Shown: positions 14,684 to 27,485 of the stretch, in pieces
How positions within the stretch are numbered: position 1 is the stretch's first letter
Layout: every line of letters starts with the position of its first letter
Assembly (NCBI GenBank): GCA_964016885.1
Contig: OZ024741.1
Location: 101,556,001-101,620,000, forward strand
DNA: 64,000 nucleotides
Direction of reading: 5' to 3'
DNA from: Eledone cirrhosa
Lineage: Eukaryota
Translations under genes and position numbers: made by a program
The notes under the pieces: generated by a model
The model's database searches: none
What the model was told of the DNA's origin: nothing
What the model saw: the letters and a program-made list of their open reading frames with translations, nothing else

Positions 14684-16954
14684 TTAAACCTTATTTAATG
14701 TTGGTCTATATTTTTGAATAAACATATTTTCCTTATTTATTCGCATTTGTTCTGTTGTATTGTTAGCGCAAAGGTAAAATGGGAAGACTTGGAATTTGGG
14801 TGTCTTATTACTTGCGCAAATGTCTAGATGTGCACTTAGTGGTATTTGTCTCGTGGTTGGATCTCGTAATTGTTGGCGATGAACTGTCATTCTGTTTCTG
14901 AGTGTGAGTTTAGTTTGTCCTATATAATCTTCATTGCATCCTTTACATTTAATGGCATAAATTAGATTTTTTGATGAGCAAGTGAAGTGATTTTTTACAG
15001 TAAAATTTTGTCCTGATTTAAATGTATACGTGTTGCCTTCAATGAGGTGAGTGCAGGTTCCACAATTAGAGCGACCACATTTTTTGATACTTGGTTGTGG
15101 GTTTGTGGTAGGTAATTTGGCATTGGTGAGTAATGTTTTCAGTGATTTTGGTTGTCTTTTGCTTTTGATTATTTTGTGTGTTTCAAGGGCTTTTTTCATT
15201 CTTGGGTTTTGTTTTAGTAGTGGGATGTTATTGTGAATAGTGTTGTAAGCTTCCGCATTTCTTGGGTTGTGTGTTGAGATATATGATAGAATATTGGACG
15301 TACCTTGAATTTGTTTCTGTTTCCGTAATTCATCAATGCCTATTGCTTTAGCCCTTTCTATTCCATTATTTATTAGTAATAGTGGGTACTCTCTCTCAAG
15401 TAGAATTTCCTTTAATTCTTGAAGTCTTTTATTTCGCGTTTCATAATTGGAGACAATTGTGCAAATTCTTCTTGCTAGGTTAAAAGGAATGTTCGTCTTC
15501 GTGTGCTTTGGATGGTTGGAGGTGAATAGCAGATATTGTTTGGAATCTGTTGGTTTGTAGTGTATGTCAGTTTCGATATTTGTGTCTTTTTTTGTGATTA
15601 AGATGTCCAGAAATGGGAGTTGATCTTGGCTGTATTCCATTGTGAATTGGATGTGGTTATTGATGCCGTTTATTAAGTTTTTGAAATCCTTCAGTTGGTC
15701 GAGTGTGTGGGACCAAAGAATGAGGCAATCATCCAAGTAGCGTTTCCAATTCTCTGATAAATATTTGTGGAAGTTCAATCCGTATTTTGATTTGGACTGT
15801 TCATATATCTGGACTTCTAAGTATGCCATGACTAAGTTGGCATAAGTTGGAGCGGCTTTTGTGCCCATCGCAGTCCCCGATATTTGCTTGTAAGTATTGC
15901 CATCGAAATCAAAAAAGTTGTTCTGTAGGATGAATTTTAATCCCTCGGTGATGAAGCTTTTTTCTATTCTGTCAGGTATCTCATTGGGATATTTCTCTAG
16001 CCAGAATCCTATTGCTTCTAGTCCGTATTGGTGTGGGATCGTTGTGTAGAGATTCACTACATCGAAAGACACAATAATAGTGTCGTTGTTGACATGTTTG
16101 GGGAGGTGGTTTAAGAGGTCCAGATCGTCTCTTACAAGGCTTGGTATGTGTTTCAGTATTGGTTTCAGTAGTATGTCTATAAAGTTGCTCAATCTGTGTG
16201 TTTCACATTGTGGGCCCGCTACAATTGGTCTTAATTTAAGGTCTGTGGGGTATTGTGTGTTCACGCAGGCTGAGGTGGATTGTTTACAGGCATCGTTGAT
16301 TATTTTACATTTGTGGATCTTCGGAAGTCCGTAAAGGTTGCTGGTTTTGTATTCAAAATTTGTTAAATAATCGTGTTCCTTTTTAGTTAGGTCTTCCTGG
16401 TATCGATAAATCAGTGTGTTTAATTTGGTCATTATTTTTGATTGCTGGTAGTTTTTTACTCTTTCATAGTAATTAGCATTTTGTAAGAGAGAGAACATAG
16501 AATTTTTATATTTTTCAGCCTCCATAATGACAACAGTACTTCCCTTGTCCGCTTCCTTAATTACAATGTCCGGATTGTTTTTTAGTTCATGGATAATCTC
16601 CCATTCCCTTCGACTTGTGTTGGGTTTGGGTTTAGGTTGCGGTAGTTCATGGTATGGGAAGGTAGCTATGTGGTCACAAAATTTGTCCAGAACTCTGTTT
16701 CTACCTTTTGTTGGGTTGTAGCTGCTTTTATTCCGTACAATTGATTCGTCGTTATTCTCCTTGTCAAAGAATTCCTCTGTGAGACGTAATTTTCTACAGA
16801 AGTGTGAGATATCGTCATTTATCTCGTTGGGGTTAGGATATTGTGGTGTTGGTGTGAATTTCAGACCTTTGGAGAGAATTTTTACTTGTTGGGCTGAGAG
16901 GTTTGTATTTGAAATGTTAATTATTTTCGGTTTTTCAAAATCGGTTTGTGCCAC
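14684..16954 (-). CDS. PLE reverse transcriptase + GIY-YIG endonuclease (frame open from 16999; no ATG near start)
   Basis: 756 aa, uninterrupted. LSKGLKF, KEADKG, YGLPKIHK, RPIV, SFDVVNLYT, GTAMGT, RYLDD, FLD; Cys linker CGRSNCGTC; NLIYAIKC..C…YIGQT…R…H. Confidence 0.92.
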   Translation of the reverse strand: MAQTDFEKPKIINISNTNLSAQQVKILSKGLKFTPTPQYPNPNEINDDISHFCRKLRLTEEFFDKENNDESIVRNKSSYNPTKGRNRVLDKFCDHIATFPYHELPQPKPKPNTSRREWEIIHELKNNPDIVIKEADKGSTVVIMEAEKYKNSMFSLLQNANYYERVKNYQQSKIMTKLNTLIYRYQEDLTKKEHDYLTNFEYKTSNLYGLPKIHKCKIINDACKQSTSACVNTQYPTDLKLRPIVAGPQCETHRLSNFIDILLKPILKHIPSLVRDDLDLLNHLPKHVNNDTIIVSFDVVNLYTTIPHQYGLEAIGFWLEKYPNEIPDRIEKSFITEGLKFILQNNFFDFDGNTYKQISGTAMGTKAAPTYANLVMAYLEVQIYEQSKSKYGLNFHKYLSENWKRYLDDCLILWSHTLDQLKDFKNLINGINNHIQFTMEYSQDQLPFLDILITKKDTNIETDIHYKPTDSKQYLLFTSNHPKHTKTNIPFNLARRICTIVSNYETRNKRLQELKEILLEREYPLLLINNGIERAKAIGIDELRKQKQIQGTSNILSYISTHNPRNAEAYNTIHNNIPLLKQNPRMKKALETHKIIKSKRQPKSLKTLLTNAKLPTTNPQPSIKKCGRSNCGTCTHLIEGNTYTFKSGQNFTVKNHFTCSSKNLIYAIKCKGCNEDYIGQTKLTLRNRMTVHRQQLRDPTTRQIPLSAHLDICASNKTPKFQVFPFYLCANNTTEQMRINKENMFIQKYRPTLNKV

Positions 16955-17716
16955 CGAGTGTAGCCTTGGTCTAAAAAATGATTTTTCTGGAATGTTTTTT
17001 CATTGGTATTATTATATCTAATGGTATTTCCCCTGTTGTTGTGTGGTCTTGTATAGAAGTTTCGGACGTATTGAGGTTCGGTTTGTTGATAGTCCGGGTT
17101 GTAGATTTGGTTCCTTTGTGTGGGTTGGGATCTATGGTTTTGGAACAGGCTCTGTGTGGGCAGGGGTCTACGGTTTTGGAATAGGTTTTGTGTGGGTTGT
17201 GATCTGCGGATCAGGTCCTGCCTTGTGTTCGGGGATCTTTGGTTTTTGTTAGTAGGGTTATAGTTTTGTCTATGGTTTCTGGGATTATCGTTATAGTTTT
17301 GCTGGGGGTATGTTGGACGTTTTGTTACTTTTTTTGTTATTTGTTGTGCATGTGGTGTGTGAGTTTTAGTTTGTTTTAAAAATGGGTTACCTGTATGTTG
17401 TTCATTTTAGAAGTCCATTTCGTAGTTGTTGAACCAGGTGGCGTTTTTTTCCCATCGCTGGAGGGATGTGAGTTCTTCATCCTCACAGTTTTCTTTCCAA
17501 AGTTTTAGGGTTTTTTTGTAGAGTAGGCCTTCAGAGTGCTTTGAGATTTCTGTGTCCATCTGTTGGTCAAGTGACTTGAATTTTTCTTCGTTGGAGTTGG
17601 CTCTTAATCGCAACAGTTCTATTTCTGTTTTAAATTTTTCCAATGCCATCTTTTCCCTAAGTCTTTGTTGGTTTTCTGGTTCATTCGGGATGGGTTTTAT
17701 TTGGAGTTTTTTGGGG
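16921..17716 (-). pseudogene. Upstream ORF1 of the PLE (coiled-coil-like then N/Q/R/P-rich), 5'-truncated, one in-frame TAA at 17407-17409
   Basis: Hand translation: …PKKLQIKPIPNEPENQQRLREKMALEKFKTEIELLRLRA…NYEMDF*NEQHTGNPF…QNYNDNPRNHRQNYN…KNHFLDQGYTRWHKPILKNRK*. Only one stop in ~265 codons. Confidence 0.65.
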
Positions 17717-17867
17717 AACTGGCGCGAAATTTATTATAATTATTGACAAACCAATCAAATTACTTCTCGAAAAACCTGGTTTTCGAGCCAGTTTTTCCAT
17801 ATAAAACAAGTAACATTTAGAGACCAACCAGATGTGAGAAAAACCACAGACCCTCCATCTCAACTCA

Positions 17868-17905
17868 CCTTTTGAAAAGCAGAAGAACTGCGAAACCGGT
17901 AAAGG
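17868..17905 (+). ncRNA. Same HHR in the inverted pLTR
   Basis: Identical motif on the + strand. Confidence 0.75.
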
Positions 17906-17994
17906 AACCAAATAAATATATATATTTAAAAAAAAAATAAGACTTCAGTTGCATTTTCGATTTCATCCCTTTTTCTTTATATATATATATATAC

Positions 17995-18039
<45 letters not shown>

Positions 18040-18150
18040 TACACATATATATATATACATATATATATATACATATATATATATACACATATATATATAT
18101 ACACATATATATATATATACACATATATATATATACACATATATATATAT

Positions 18151-18191
<41 letters not shown>

Positions 18192-18222
18192 TATACATAT
18201 ATATATATACATATATATACAT

Positions 18223-18267
<45 letters not shown>

Positions 18268-18356
18268 TATACATATATATATATACATATATATACATAT
18301 ATATATATATACATATATATATATACACATATATATATATACACATATATATATAT

Positions 18357-18395
<39 letters not shown>

Positions 18396-18400
18396 TATAC

Positions 18401-18495
<95 letters not shown>

Positions 18496-18496
18496 C

Positions 18497-18827
18497 ATTC
18501 ATCATTTTACGTCCGCTTTTCCCTGCTTGCAAGGGTGGGATGGGAACTGATTCTGGCTCGATTTCTACAGCTGGATGCCCTTCCTAACACCAACCTCATT
18601 TTACAGTGAGTGCTGGGTGCTTTTTTGCCGTGGCACCTCCACGACCACTTTGCAGTGGAATGATAGGGATCCCAATCCCTATCATCTCATTTCTACAGCT
18701 GAGTAAACTGGAGCAATGTGAAATAAAGTGTCTTGCTCAAGGAAACAACACATCACCCGGTCTGAGAATTGAACTCACAACCTTTCGATTGCAAGCCCAA
18801 TGCTCTAACCACTAAGCCATGTGCCTC

Positions 18828-18829
<2 letters not shown>
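18497..18829 (-). mobile_element. tRNA-derived SINE with RTE-derived 3' part
   Basis: Head GGAGGCACATGGCTTAGTGG (A box)…GAGTTCAATTC (B box); central CCTTGAGCAAGACACTT; tail matches the RTE-B 3' end. Second copy at 35006-35355. Confidence 0.88.
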
Positions 18830-18909
<80 letters not shown>

Positions 18910-18920
18910 CATATATATAC

Positions 18921-18955
<35 letters not shown>

Positions 18956-19018
18956 CATATATATACATATATATATATATACATATATATACATATATAT
19001 ATATATACATATATATAC

Positions 19019-19071
<53 letters not shown>

Positions 19072-19090
19072 TATATATATATATATATAC

Positions 19091-19193
<103 letters not shown>

Positions 19194-19212
19194 CATATAT
19201 ATATACATACAT

Positions 19213-22129
19213 ATCATCATCATCATCAACGTTTAACGTCCGTGTTCCACGCTTGCATGGGTTTGGACGGGGGTATTCCCACTTGAGGCAAGAGTGATTG
19301 TCTTGCTCGCATAGGACAGTCTGGCAGGTTTTCTACAGTTGGATGCCCTTCCTAACACCAACCACATTTATAGTGTGGGTCTGGGAGGTTTTTACCGTGT
19401 TGCCTACACGGCCACATTACAGCGTGGACTGTGTGTTTTTTTTGTCGTGACACCTACACGATCACATTTGTTTCGGCCTGGATGGCGTGGCACCAACATA
19501 ACTTTACATAGAACGGGGTGATGTGGATGGGGTGGGGGTGGTGGGACGGGGTGTATTTTGTTAGAGATGCCTACTGGCTGTAGTAGGTTTTACTATGTAT
19601 TTAGGTAAGGCGGGTCTTCTCTGTTACTGAGTACCGCCAAAGGTCTCGGTCCAGTGACATTGTCTTGGAGAGGTGTAAGTTTGTGAGGTCGGAGTTTATC
19701 AGCTCGTCCCAGGTTTTTCTAGGTCTGCCTATTCCGTGGCTACCGTCTATCTTTATTGCCCTGCACTTTGTTATACAGCTATCGACTTTCATGCGCATCA
19801 CGTGTCCATACCAATGTAGCCTTCTCTCGAGTAAACAACATCTGATCCCTCTTATTTCTAATTTTTTCCTTAGTTCGTTTATGCTTTGCCATTCGCGTAT
19901 ATTACTATTACACATCCAGCGGAGCATGCAAGCTTCGTTCCTCTCTAGTCTGCGTATATCCTCTGCACACAATGCCCAGGTCTCACTGCCATGCAACATT
20001 GCTGTTCGTATGCAGGCATCATACAACCTGCCTTTCACTTTTAGGGAGAACCCTTTAGCGGTTAATAGTGGTATAAGCTCTCTGAACTTTTTCCATCCAG
20101 TTCTGACTCTAGCTACTGTACTTTCGGAGCACCCTCCCCCACTGCTGATTTTGTCACCCAGGTAACGGAAGCTGTCCACTATTTCTATAGAACCCTCTGC
20201 GCAGTTGAAAGAGCTAGTATTTTGTGGGCACTTGCTGCTACTTATTGCACCAGAGCACCGGCCACATGTAAAATCTATGTTCTTAGTTAGCTTACCTGTG
20301 ATCCCACTACATCTTTTATGCACCCATACTTTGCATTTGGGACATAAAATGGAGTTTCTACCTATGCCTTTCCTACACACTGAGCATGGCCATTTCCCAG
20401 AAGGGACCGCCGCCTTATTTTCTTGCCTACAAACTAGAACTTTAGTCTTAGCCAGGTTAATTTTAAGGCCTTTTGATTCTAGGCCGTGCTTCCATGTTTG
20501 GAATTTCTTCTCTAGCTCGGCCATTGATTCAGCTATGAGTGTCAGGTCGTCTGCGTATAGGAGTTCCCATGGGCAGCCGGTCTTGAACTCCTCTGTTATA
20601 GCCTGAAGGGCAATAATAAATAGTAGGGGGCTGAGAACAGAGCCCTGATGGACGCCAACTTTTACGCTAAACTCTTCACTATATTCGTTGTTAATTCTAA
20701 CCTTGCTGACTGTTTCTTTATACATGGCTTGTATAGCTCTCACAAGCCATTCGTCAACCCCTAGTTTTCTAAGAGCCCACCAGATAATGGAGCGGGGGAC
20801 TCTGTCGAAGGCTTTCTCCAAGTCGACAAAAGCTAAGTACTTCTCCTGTAGCTAGGTACTTCTCCTGTAGTTGTCGTACAATGAAAAGAGCGTCTGTGGT
20901 ACTTTTGCCTGACACAAACCCAAACTGCATTTCATCTAGGTCAATTCTCTCTCTGATTAGTTGTGCTATTACTTTTTCCGTGACCTTCATGACCTGGTCG
21001 ATTAATTTAATGCCTCTATAGTTACTCCTATCTAGGGCATCTCCTTTACCCTTATAACAGTTAACGATGATGCTGCTATGCCAGTCCTTCGGAACAACCC
21101 CATTCTGTACGACTTGGTTAACTATGCGGGTGACCATGGTGTGTCCCACCGTGCCAGATGCCTTCAGCATCTCAGCAACTATTTCCGAAGGCCCAGCCGC
21201 CTTACCCGTCTTCATATCCTTGATTGCCTTACTTATTATACTCCCCTCGACTAACACTGCTGGTCCCTCTATTGGGTCGATGTGGGGGAGACTGTCTTTC
21301 TCCCATTTATTCTCCTTATTTAGTAGCCTTTCATAGTGACACTTCCAAGCTACCTTCTTATCAGCGTCGGTGATGGCAAGTACGCCGTCATCATTAAGTA
21401 CACACTTCTCCCCGACAATATCACGGTTTTCCTTGACGCATTGCCTAGCAATCCTGAACACCTCAGGTTTTTGGTCCTCGCGTTGTAGAACATGCTTGAA
21501 CTTTCTTTCCTCTGCTTCCCTTCTTGCGAAGTACACTTGTCTCCTAGCTTCCCTCCTGGCCACTTGATAGTCTTATCTACTTCCCCCATCCCGCCATACT
21601 TTCCAAGCCTGCTTTTTGGCCTTAATTGACCCCTCCACCTTACTGTTCCACCACCATGTTACTCTCCTCCTATCTACAGGCCTGCTCCAGCCACAGACTT
21701 CGTCTGTCGCCATCAGCAGGTTTGCTTTCAGAAATTCCCACTGTCCCTCTATATTGTCCGACTCTAAATGCTCTTCCTTACTGTCGAAAGCATCAAGTAA
21801 TATGCTTTGAAATTTATTTCTGGCTGTGGGGTCCTTTAGCTTCCATATTTTTCTCCTGAGGATAGTCCTCTTCTGCTGTCGAGTACGTCTCGTCCTGACT
21901 ATGAGGTCGCTAACTATCAGTCTATGTTGGGAGGTGCATTCTTCATGGGGGAGGGATTTAGTGTTTACAACAGACACTCTGTCACGTCTTCTGGTAAGGA
22001 TATAATCTACCTGGCTTGTGTGTTCCCCGGATCTATAGGTGATCAGGTGATTGTCACGTTTTTTGAAGTTAGTGTTACAGATAGTTAGGTTATTTGCGTC
22101 ACAGAATTCCAGGATTCTGGAGCCTTCCT
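19213..22129 (-). mobile_element. RTE family A (subfamily), 5'-truncated within the APE domain, frameshifted
   Basis: ORFs 19601-20821, 20769-21563 and part of 21573-22712 ([23 protein letters not shown]). Confidence 0.92.
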
Positions 22130-22166
22130 TATACATATATATATATATATATACATATATATATAC

Positions 22167-22205
<39 letters not shown>

Positions 22206-22461
22206 AACATTACTGAACACGAAAAAATGAAATAACACTTGGAGGTAAAATTCCATTTCACTACCCCCCCCCCTCTTCTTATGTATACACATGAATATCT
22301 GAATGAACGGTGAGACACACACATATGTGTGTGTAGGGATGTATGGATGTATGTACATGTGGGTATATATGTATGTGGGTGTGTGTATGTGTGTGTGTGT
22401 GTGTATATATATATACATATATGTATGGATGTGTGTATATTTGTATGTGTGTGTGTATATA

Positions 22462-22512
<51 letters not shown>

Positions 22513-22559
22513 GTATATATGTGTATATGTACATGTATGTATGTGTATGTTTGTATATA

Positions 22560-22609
<50 letters not shown>

Positions 22610-22928
22610 TGGATAGATATGTATGTTTATGTGTGTGTGTACGTATGTGTGTGTACCTATATATATGTGTGTGTGTGTATGTATGTGCATATATGTATAT
22701 ATGTGTGTACATATGTGTATGTTTCTGTTTGTGTATATGTATGTATGTAGATGTATGTGTATATATATGTATATATATGTATATGTATGTGTATGTGTAT
22801 ATGTGTCTTTATGTGCTCGTGTATACGCACATATATATATATGTATGTGTGTATGTGTGTATGTATGTGTGTGTATGTGTATATATATGTATATATATAT
22901 GTATGTATATATGTGTATATATATATAT

Positions 22929-25709
22929 CAAACTTTAAAAAACCCGACAACCACCTGATCACCTATAGATCAGGGGAGCACTCTAGTCAGTTAGATTTTA
23001 TCCTCATCAGAGGACGTGACAGATGGACGGTCGTAAACACAAAAGCCTTCCCTAGTGAGGAATGTACATCCCAACATAGCTTAGTTGTCAGCGACCTCAC
23101 GGTCAGAACTAGACGAACCCGGAAACAGAGGCCAACCTGGAGAAGAAAGATCTGGAAGCTGAAAGTCCCCTCAACCAGTAACAGATTTAAAGATATTTTA
23201 CTCAACGCCTACGACAGTAAAGAAGAACAGATAGAGACATTTAACGTAGAAGAGAACTGGGAGTTCCTAAAAAATAACTTACTAGAGGCGACGGATGAGG
23301 TTTGTGGCTGGAGTAAGACCTCAAGCAGGAGGAGAGTGACTTGGTGGTGGAACAATAAGGTAGATGAAGCAGTCAAGGCCAAGAGACAGGCATGGAAAGA
23401 ATGGAAGAACGGGGGGAGCAGGGTACATTACATAGAGACCAAGAGGGAAGCTAGGCGACAAGTATACTTAGCTAGGAGGGAAGCAGAGGATAGAAAATTC
23501 AAGCATGTTTTACAACGTGAGGACCAGAAACAGGAGGTATTCAAGATTGCGAGGCAGTGTGTCAGAGATAGTTGTGATGTCATTGGAGAGAAGTGTATCC
23601 GGAATGATAAAGGTGAGCTTGCCCTCACAAGTGCTGAGAAGAAAGATGCATGGAAGAGTCATTATGATAGATTACTAAATGAGGAGAATGCATGGGAAGA
23701 AGAGACCCTACCCCACGTAGACCCTATAGAGGGACCAGCAGTACAAGTCAGCGGCAGCGTAGTAAGTAAGGCAATCAGAGATATGAAGATAGGGAAGGCA
23801 ACCGGTCCATCGGGTATGGCTGCCGAGATGCTGAAGGCATCTGGGTCTGTAGGTCACACTATAACCACACGTATCGTTAACCAGGTAATACTAGAAGGGG
23901 CCATACCAAAAGATTGGTGCAGTAGCATCATTGTCAACTGCTACAAAGGTAAAGGCGATGCACTAGATAGAGGAAACTATAGAGGTATAAAGTTGATGGA
24001 CCAGGTCATGAAAGTAACAGAAAGAGTTATAGCACAGCTGATTAGGGACCGGGTGAATATAGACGAGATGCAATTTGGGTTTGTACCAGGGAAAGGCACC
24101 ACTGATGCCCTCTTCCTTGTGAGGCAATTACAGGAAAAGTACCTAGCTAAAAGTAAGCCACTCTACTTGGCATTTGTCGACCTTGAGAAAGCGTTTGACA
24201 GAGTTCCACGTGCTGTAATCTGGTGGGCTCTTAGAAAACTAGGAGTAGATGAATGGCTTGTGAAAGCGGTACAAGCCATGTATAGGGGAGCAGTCAGCAA
24301 AGTTAGGATTAGCAATGAGTATAGCGAGGAATTTAGCGTACAGGTTGGGGTCCACCAGGGCTCTGTTCTTAGCCCTCTCCTGTTCATCATAGTCCTGCAG
24401 GCAATAACGTAGGAGTTTAAGACCGGATGCCCATGGGAACTCCTGTATGCTGATGACCTCGCACTCATAGCTGAATCTATGGTAGAACTAGAGAATAAAT
24501 TCCAAACCTGGAAGCAGGGACTAGAGAGAAAGGGCCTCAAAGTCAACATGACAAAGACTAAGGTCCTTGTAAGTAGATGAGAAAACAGAACCCAGATCCC
24601 CTCAGGGAAATGGCCTTGCTCAGTATGTAGGAAAGGTGTAGGTAGGAACTCCATTCTCTGCCCCAAATGCAAACAATGGGTACACAAGAGATGTAGCGGG
24701 ATCTCAGGAAGCTTAATTAAGAATGTAGGATTCACATGCAGCAGCTGTGCTGAAACAGCAAGCAAACAGCCACAGAAAACAAGTACCACCAATCTCTGGG
24801 AGGGCCCTGTAGAAACAGTAGACAGCTTCTGCTACCTAGGTGACCGAATTAGCAACGGAGGTGGGTGCTCAGAAAGTACAATAACTAGGGTAAGAACGGG
24901 ATGGAAGAAGTTTAGGGAACTACTACCACTGCTAGCTGCAAAAGGCTTCTCCCTCAGAATGAAAGGCAGACTGTATGATGCGTGTATCCGAACAGCGATG
25001 TTGCATGGTAGTGAGACCTGGGCGCTGAAGGTGGAAGACTTACGTAGATTAGAGAGAAACGAAGCCTGCATGCTCCGATGGATGTGTAACAGTAATATAC
25101 GTGAACAACAAAGCATAAAGGAATTGAGAGAGAGACTGAGCATAAGAGGAATCAAATGCTGCGTGCAGGAGAGGCGGTTACGCTGGTATGGACATGTGAT
25201 GTGTATGAAGGATGACAGCTGCATAAAAAGGTGCAGAGCACTAGAAGTTGATGGAAACCGCGGAGTGGGGAGACCCAAGATGACTTGGGATGAGGTGATA
25301 AAAGCCGACCTTACCCAACTACACCTCTCAAAGTCAATGACACACGACCGTGACTTCTGGCGTCACGCAGTAATACAGGGTACCCGACCTCCCATGGGTA
25401 CAGGCTGAAGCATATAAACAATATGCCCCCACTCCCCCCACCGCAAGGTGGTTGTGGAGGTGCCACGGCAAAAAAGCACCCAGCCCACACTGTAAAGTGG
25501 ACGTGTAGGCGCCACGAAAAAGCACCCAGCACTCACTGTAAATGAGATTGGTGTTAGGAAGGGCATCCAGCTGTAGAAATCAAGCCAGATCAGTTCCTGT
25601 ATGAGCAAGGCATGGTCACCCGACCAGACACTGCCCACAACAGGACAACCCGTCTAACCCATGCTAGCGTGGAAGAACGGACGTAAAACGGTGATGATGA
25701 TGATGATGA
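22929..25709 (+). mobile_element. RTE LINE family C, 5'-truncated, with stop codons
   Basis: APE end plus RT (…[10 protein letters not shown], stop, YADD), C-terminus VIQGTRPPMGTG, distinct 3' UTR, (GAT)n tail. Confidence 0.9.
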
Positions 25710-25855
25710 TATATGTATGTATGTATGTGTATGTATGTACTTGTATGTGTATGTGTATGTATGTGTATATATATACATATATATATATATATGTGTATAT
25801 GTATGTGTATATATATGTATATGGATATGTATGTATGTGTATGTATGTGTATGTG

Positions 25856-25908
<53 letters not shown>

Positions 25909-26135
25909 GTATGTGTGTGTGTATGCCTCTCTCTTTATATGTGTATATATATATAGATGTATGTGTGTATGTGTGTGTATGTATGCATGTATGTGTGAAC
26001 GGAGGGGTATATATACGGACATATGTATATGTGTGTGTGTGTGTGTGTGTGTATACAAGTGCGTGTGCGTATTTGTGCGTGTATGTGTATATATGTATAT
26101 TTAGTTATGTATCTTTATGTGTGTATATGTATGTA

Positions 26136-26166
<31 letters not shown>

Positions 26167-26167
<1 letters not shown>

Positions 26168-26347
26168 GGAACCAGTAAGACGCCGACGGCTGAGCTCAAG
26201 CCGTTTCGACGGCTAATTCGGCTAAGTCGAAACGGCTTGAGCTCAGCCGTCGGGGTCTTACTGGTTCCTATTACCCACTCTACTACCCCAAGTATTGAGT
26301 ACTTTGGTGCGTTATGGTCCACCTGGTTCCTTACCACATTTCCTTCG

Positions 26348-26349
<2 letters not shown>
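26167..26349 (+). repeat. Fold-back non-autonomous element with the 3' half of an HHR; relatives at 35357-35561, 40815-40877, 32240-32375
   Basis: ~45-bp inverted arms (TAGGAACCAG…GTTTCGAC / GTCGAAAC…GGTTCCTA) followed by a shared ~80-bp tail. Confidence 0.8.
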
Positions 26350-26387
<38 letters not shown>

Positions 26388-26569
26388 ATGTGTGTGTATG
26401 TGTATATGTATGTATATATATATATATATGTATATGTATGTATGTATATGTGTATATATATGTGTATATATATATATATATATACCCATGTGGAGGTATG
26501 AGTACATATTCGTGTGTGTACGTATGTGTATGTGTGTTTTTATATGTGTCTCTATATGTTTTTGTGTCT

Positions 26570-27262
26570 GTATTTGTACATGGGTGTGTGATTGATGGTG
26601 TGTGCCTATATATTCCTACATATGCCCGTGTGTGTATGTACGTATATACACACATATGTGTGTGTTGAACAAAGGACTAACTTTGGGATGGACGTAGAAA
26701 AATTCTTCAAAAAAAGAAAAAAAAAAAAAAAAATACTTCAGGAAAAAAAGAAAAAAATAATTATTCACAAACTTGACAGGTGCGATTTGCCTGTGACCAT
26801 TCTCAACACAAAAGCAATACTAAAAGTTTTTTCCCCTGAATAAAGGAATTTTTCGAGAATGACCGGGGCAGGCCGCACTTGCTACATTTCTCCCCACCCA
26901 ACCCTACTCACCGTCTCAACTCATTACTGCTATGAACACTTTTTCAACACACCTACACCCATGCACTTATTAAAGGGGGAGAAAAGAAACCCCCACCACA
27001 CCACAGACATGTTAAATCCCTATATATAGAACAACACACTACATACACATCAGTTTGACAAGCGCACCTCAGCGTGAAAGGTCTTTCTAAAAACGAAACA
27101 ATACCTCCTACGTTAACCAAGAACTCCTAAGACCTAACCAACAACCAACAACTTAATTTATAAAATAATTTTTTTTAAGAAAAATTCTTTTTGGATTTTG
27201 TGAAGAAAATAAATTTGTTGAAAGCACAAGTGAAGCCATTTTTTCTTCCCCCCTGTCTTAAT
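26570..27262. repeat. Dispersed non-coding repeat, copy 2 of 7130-7806
   Basis: Direct similarity along its whole length. Confidence 0.85.
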
Positions 27263-27414
27263 ACATATATATATATATACATATATACATATATATATAT
27301 ACATATATACATATATATATACATATATATACATATATATATATATACCTATATACATATATATATATACATATATAATATATAAGATCAAAAGATGGTT
27401 AAATGAGTTCCATG

Positions 27415-27485
27415 TATTTTATTATGCGCATTTCAAAAACAAATATCATCATGCAATAACATTTGTGTTTTCATCAGATAAAATA
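27415..27485 (-). ncRNA. Canonical type-I hammerhead ribozyme
   Basis: UAUUUUAU CUGAUGA [long stem II] GAAA UGCGCA UA^ AUAAAAUA; 8-bp stem I; palindromic stem III AUGCGCAU. Confidence 0.88.

Noticed and set aside
14684-16954. Telomerase or N-terminal-endonuclease (Naiad/Chlamys) element, or selenoprotein recoding
   Set aside because: GIY-YIG is C-terminal, and the ORF has no in-frame TGA.
18755-18829. tRNA gene
   Set aside because: SINE head; acceptor stem does not close and it continues into the SINE body.
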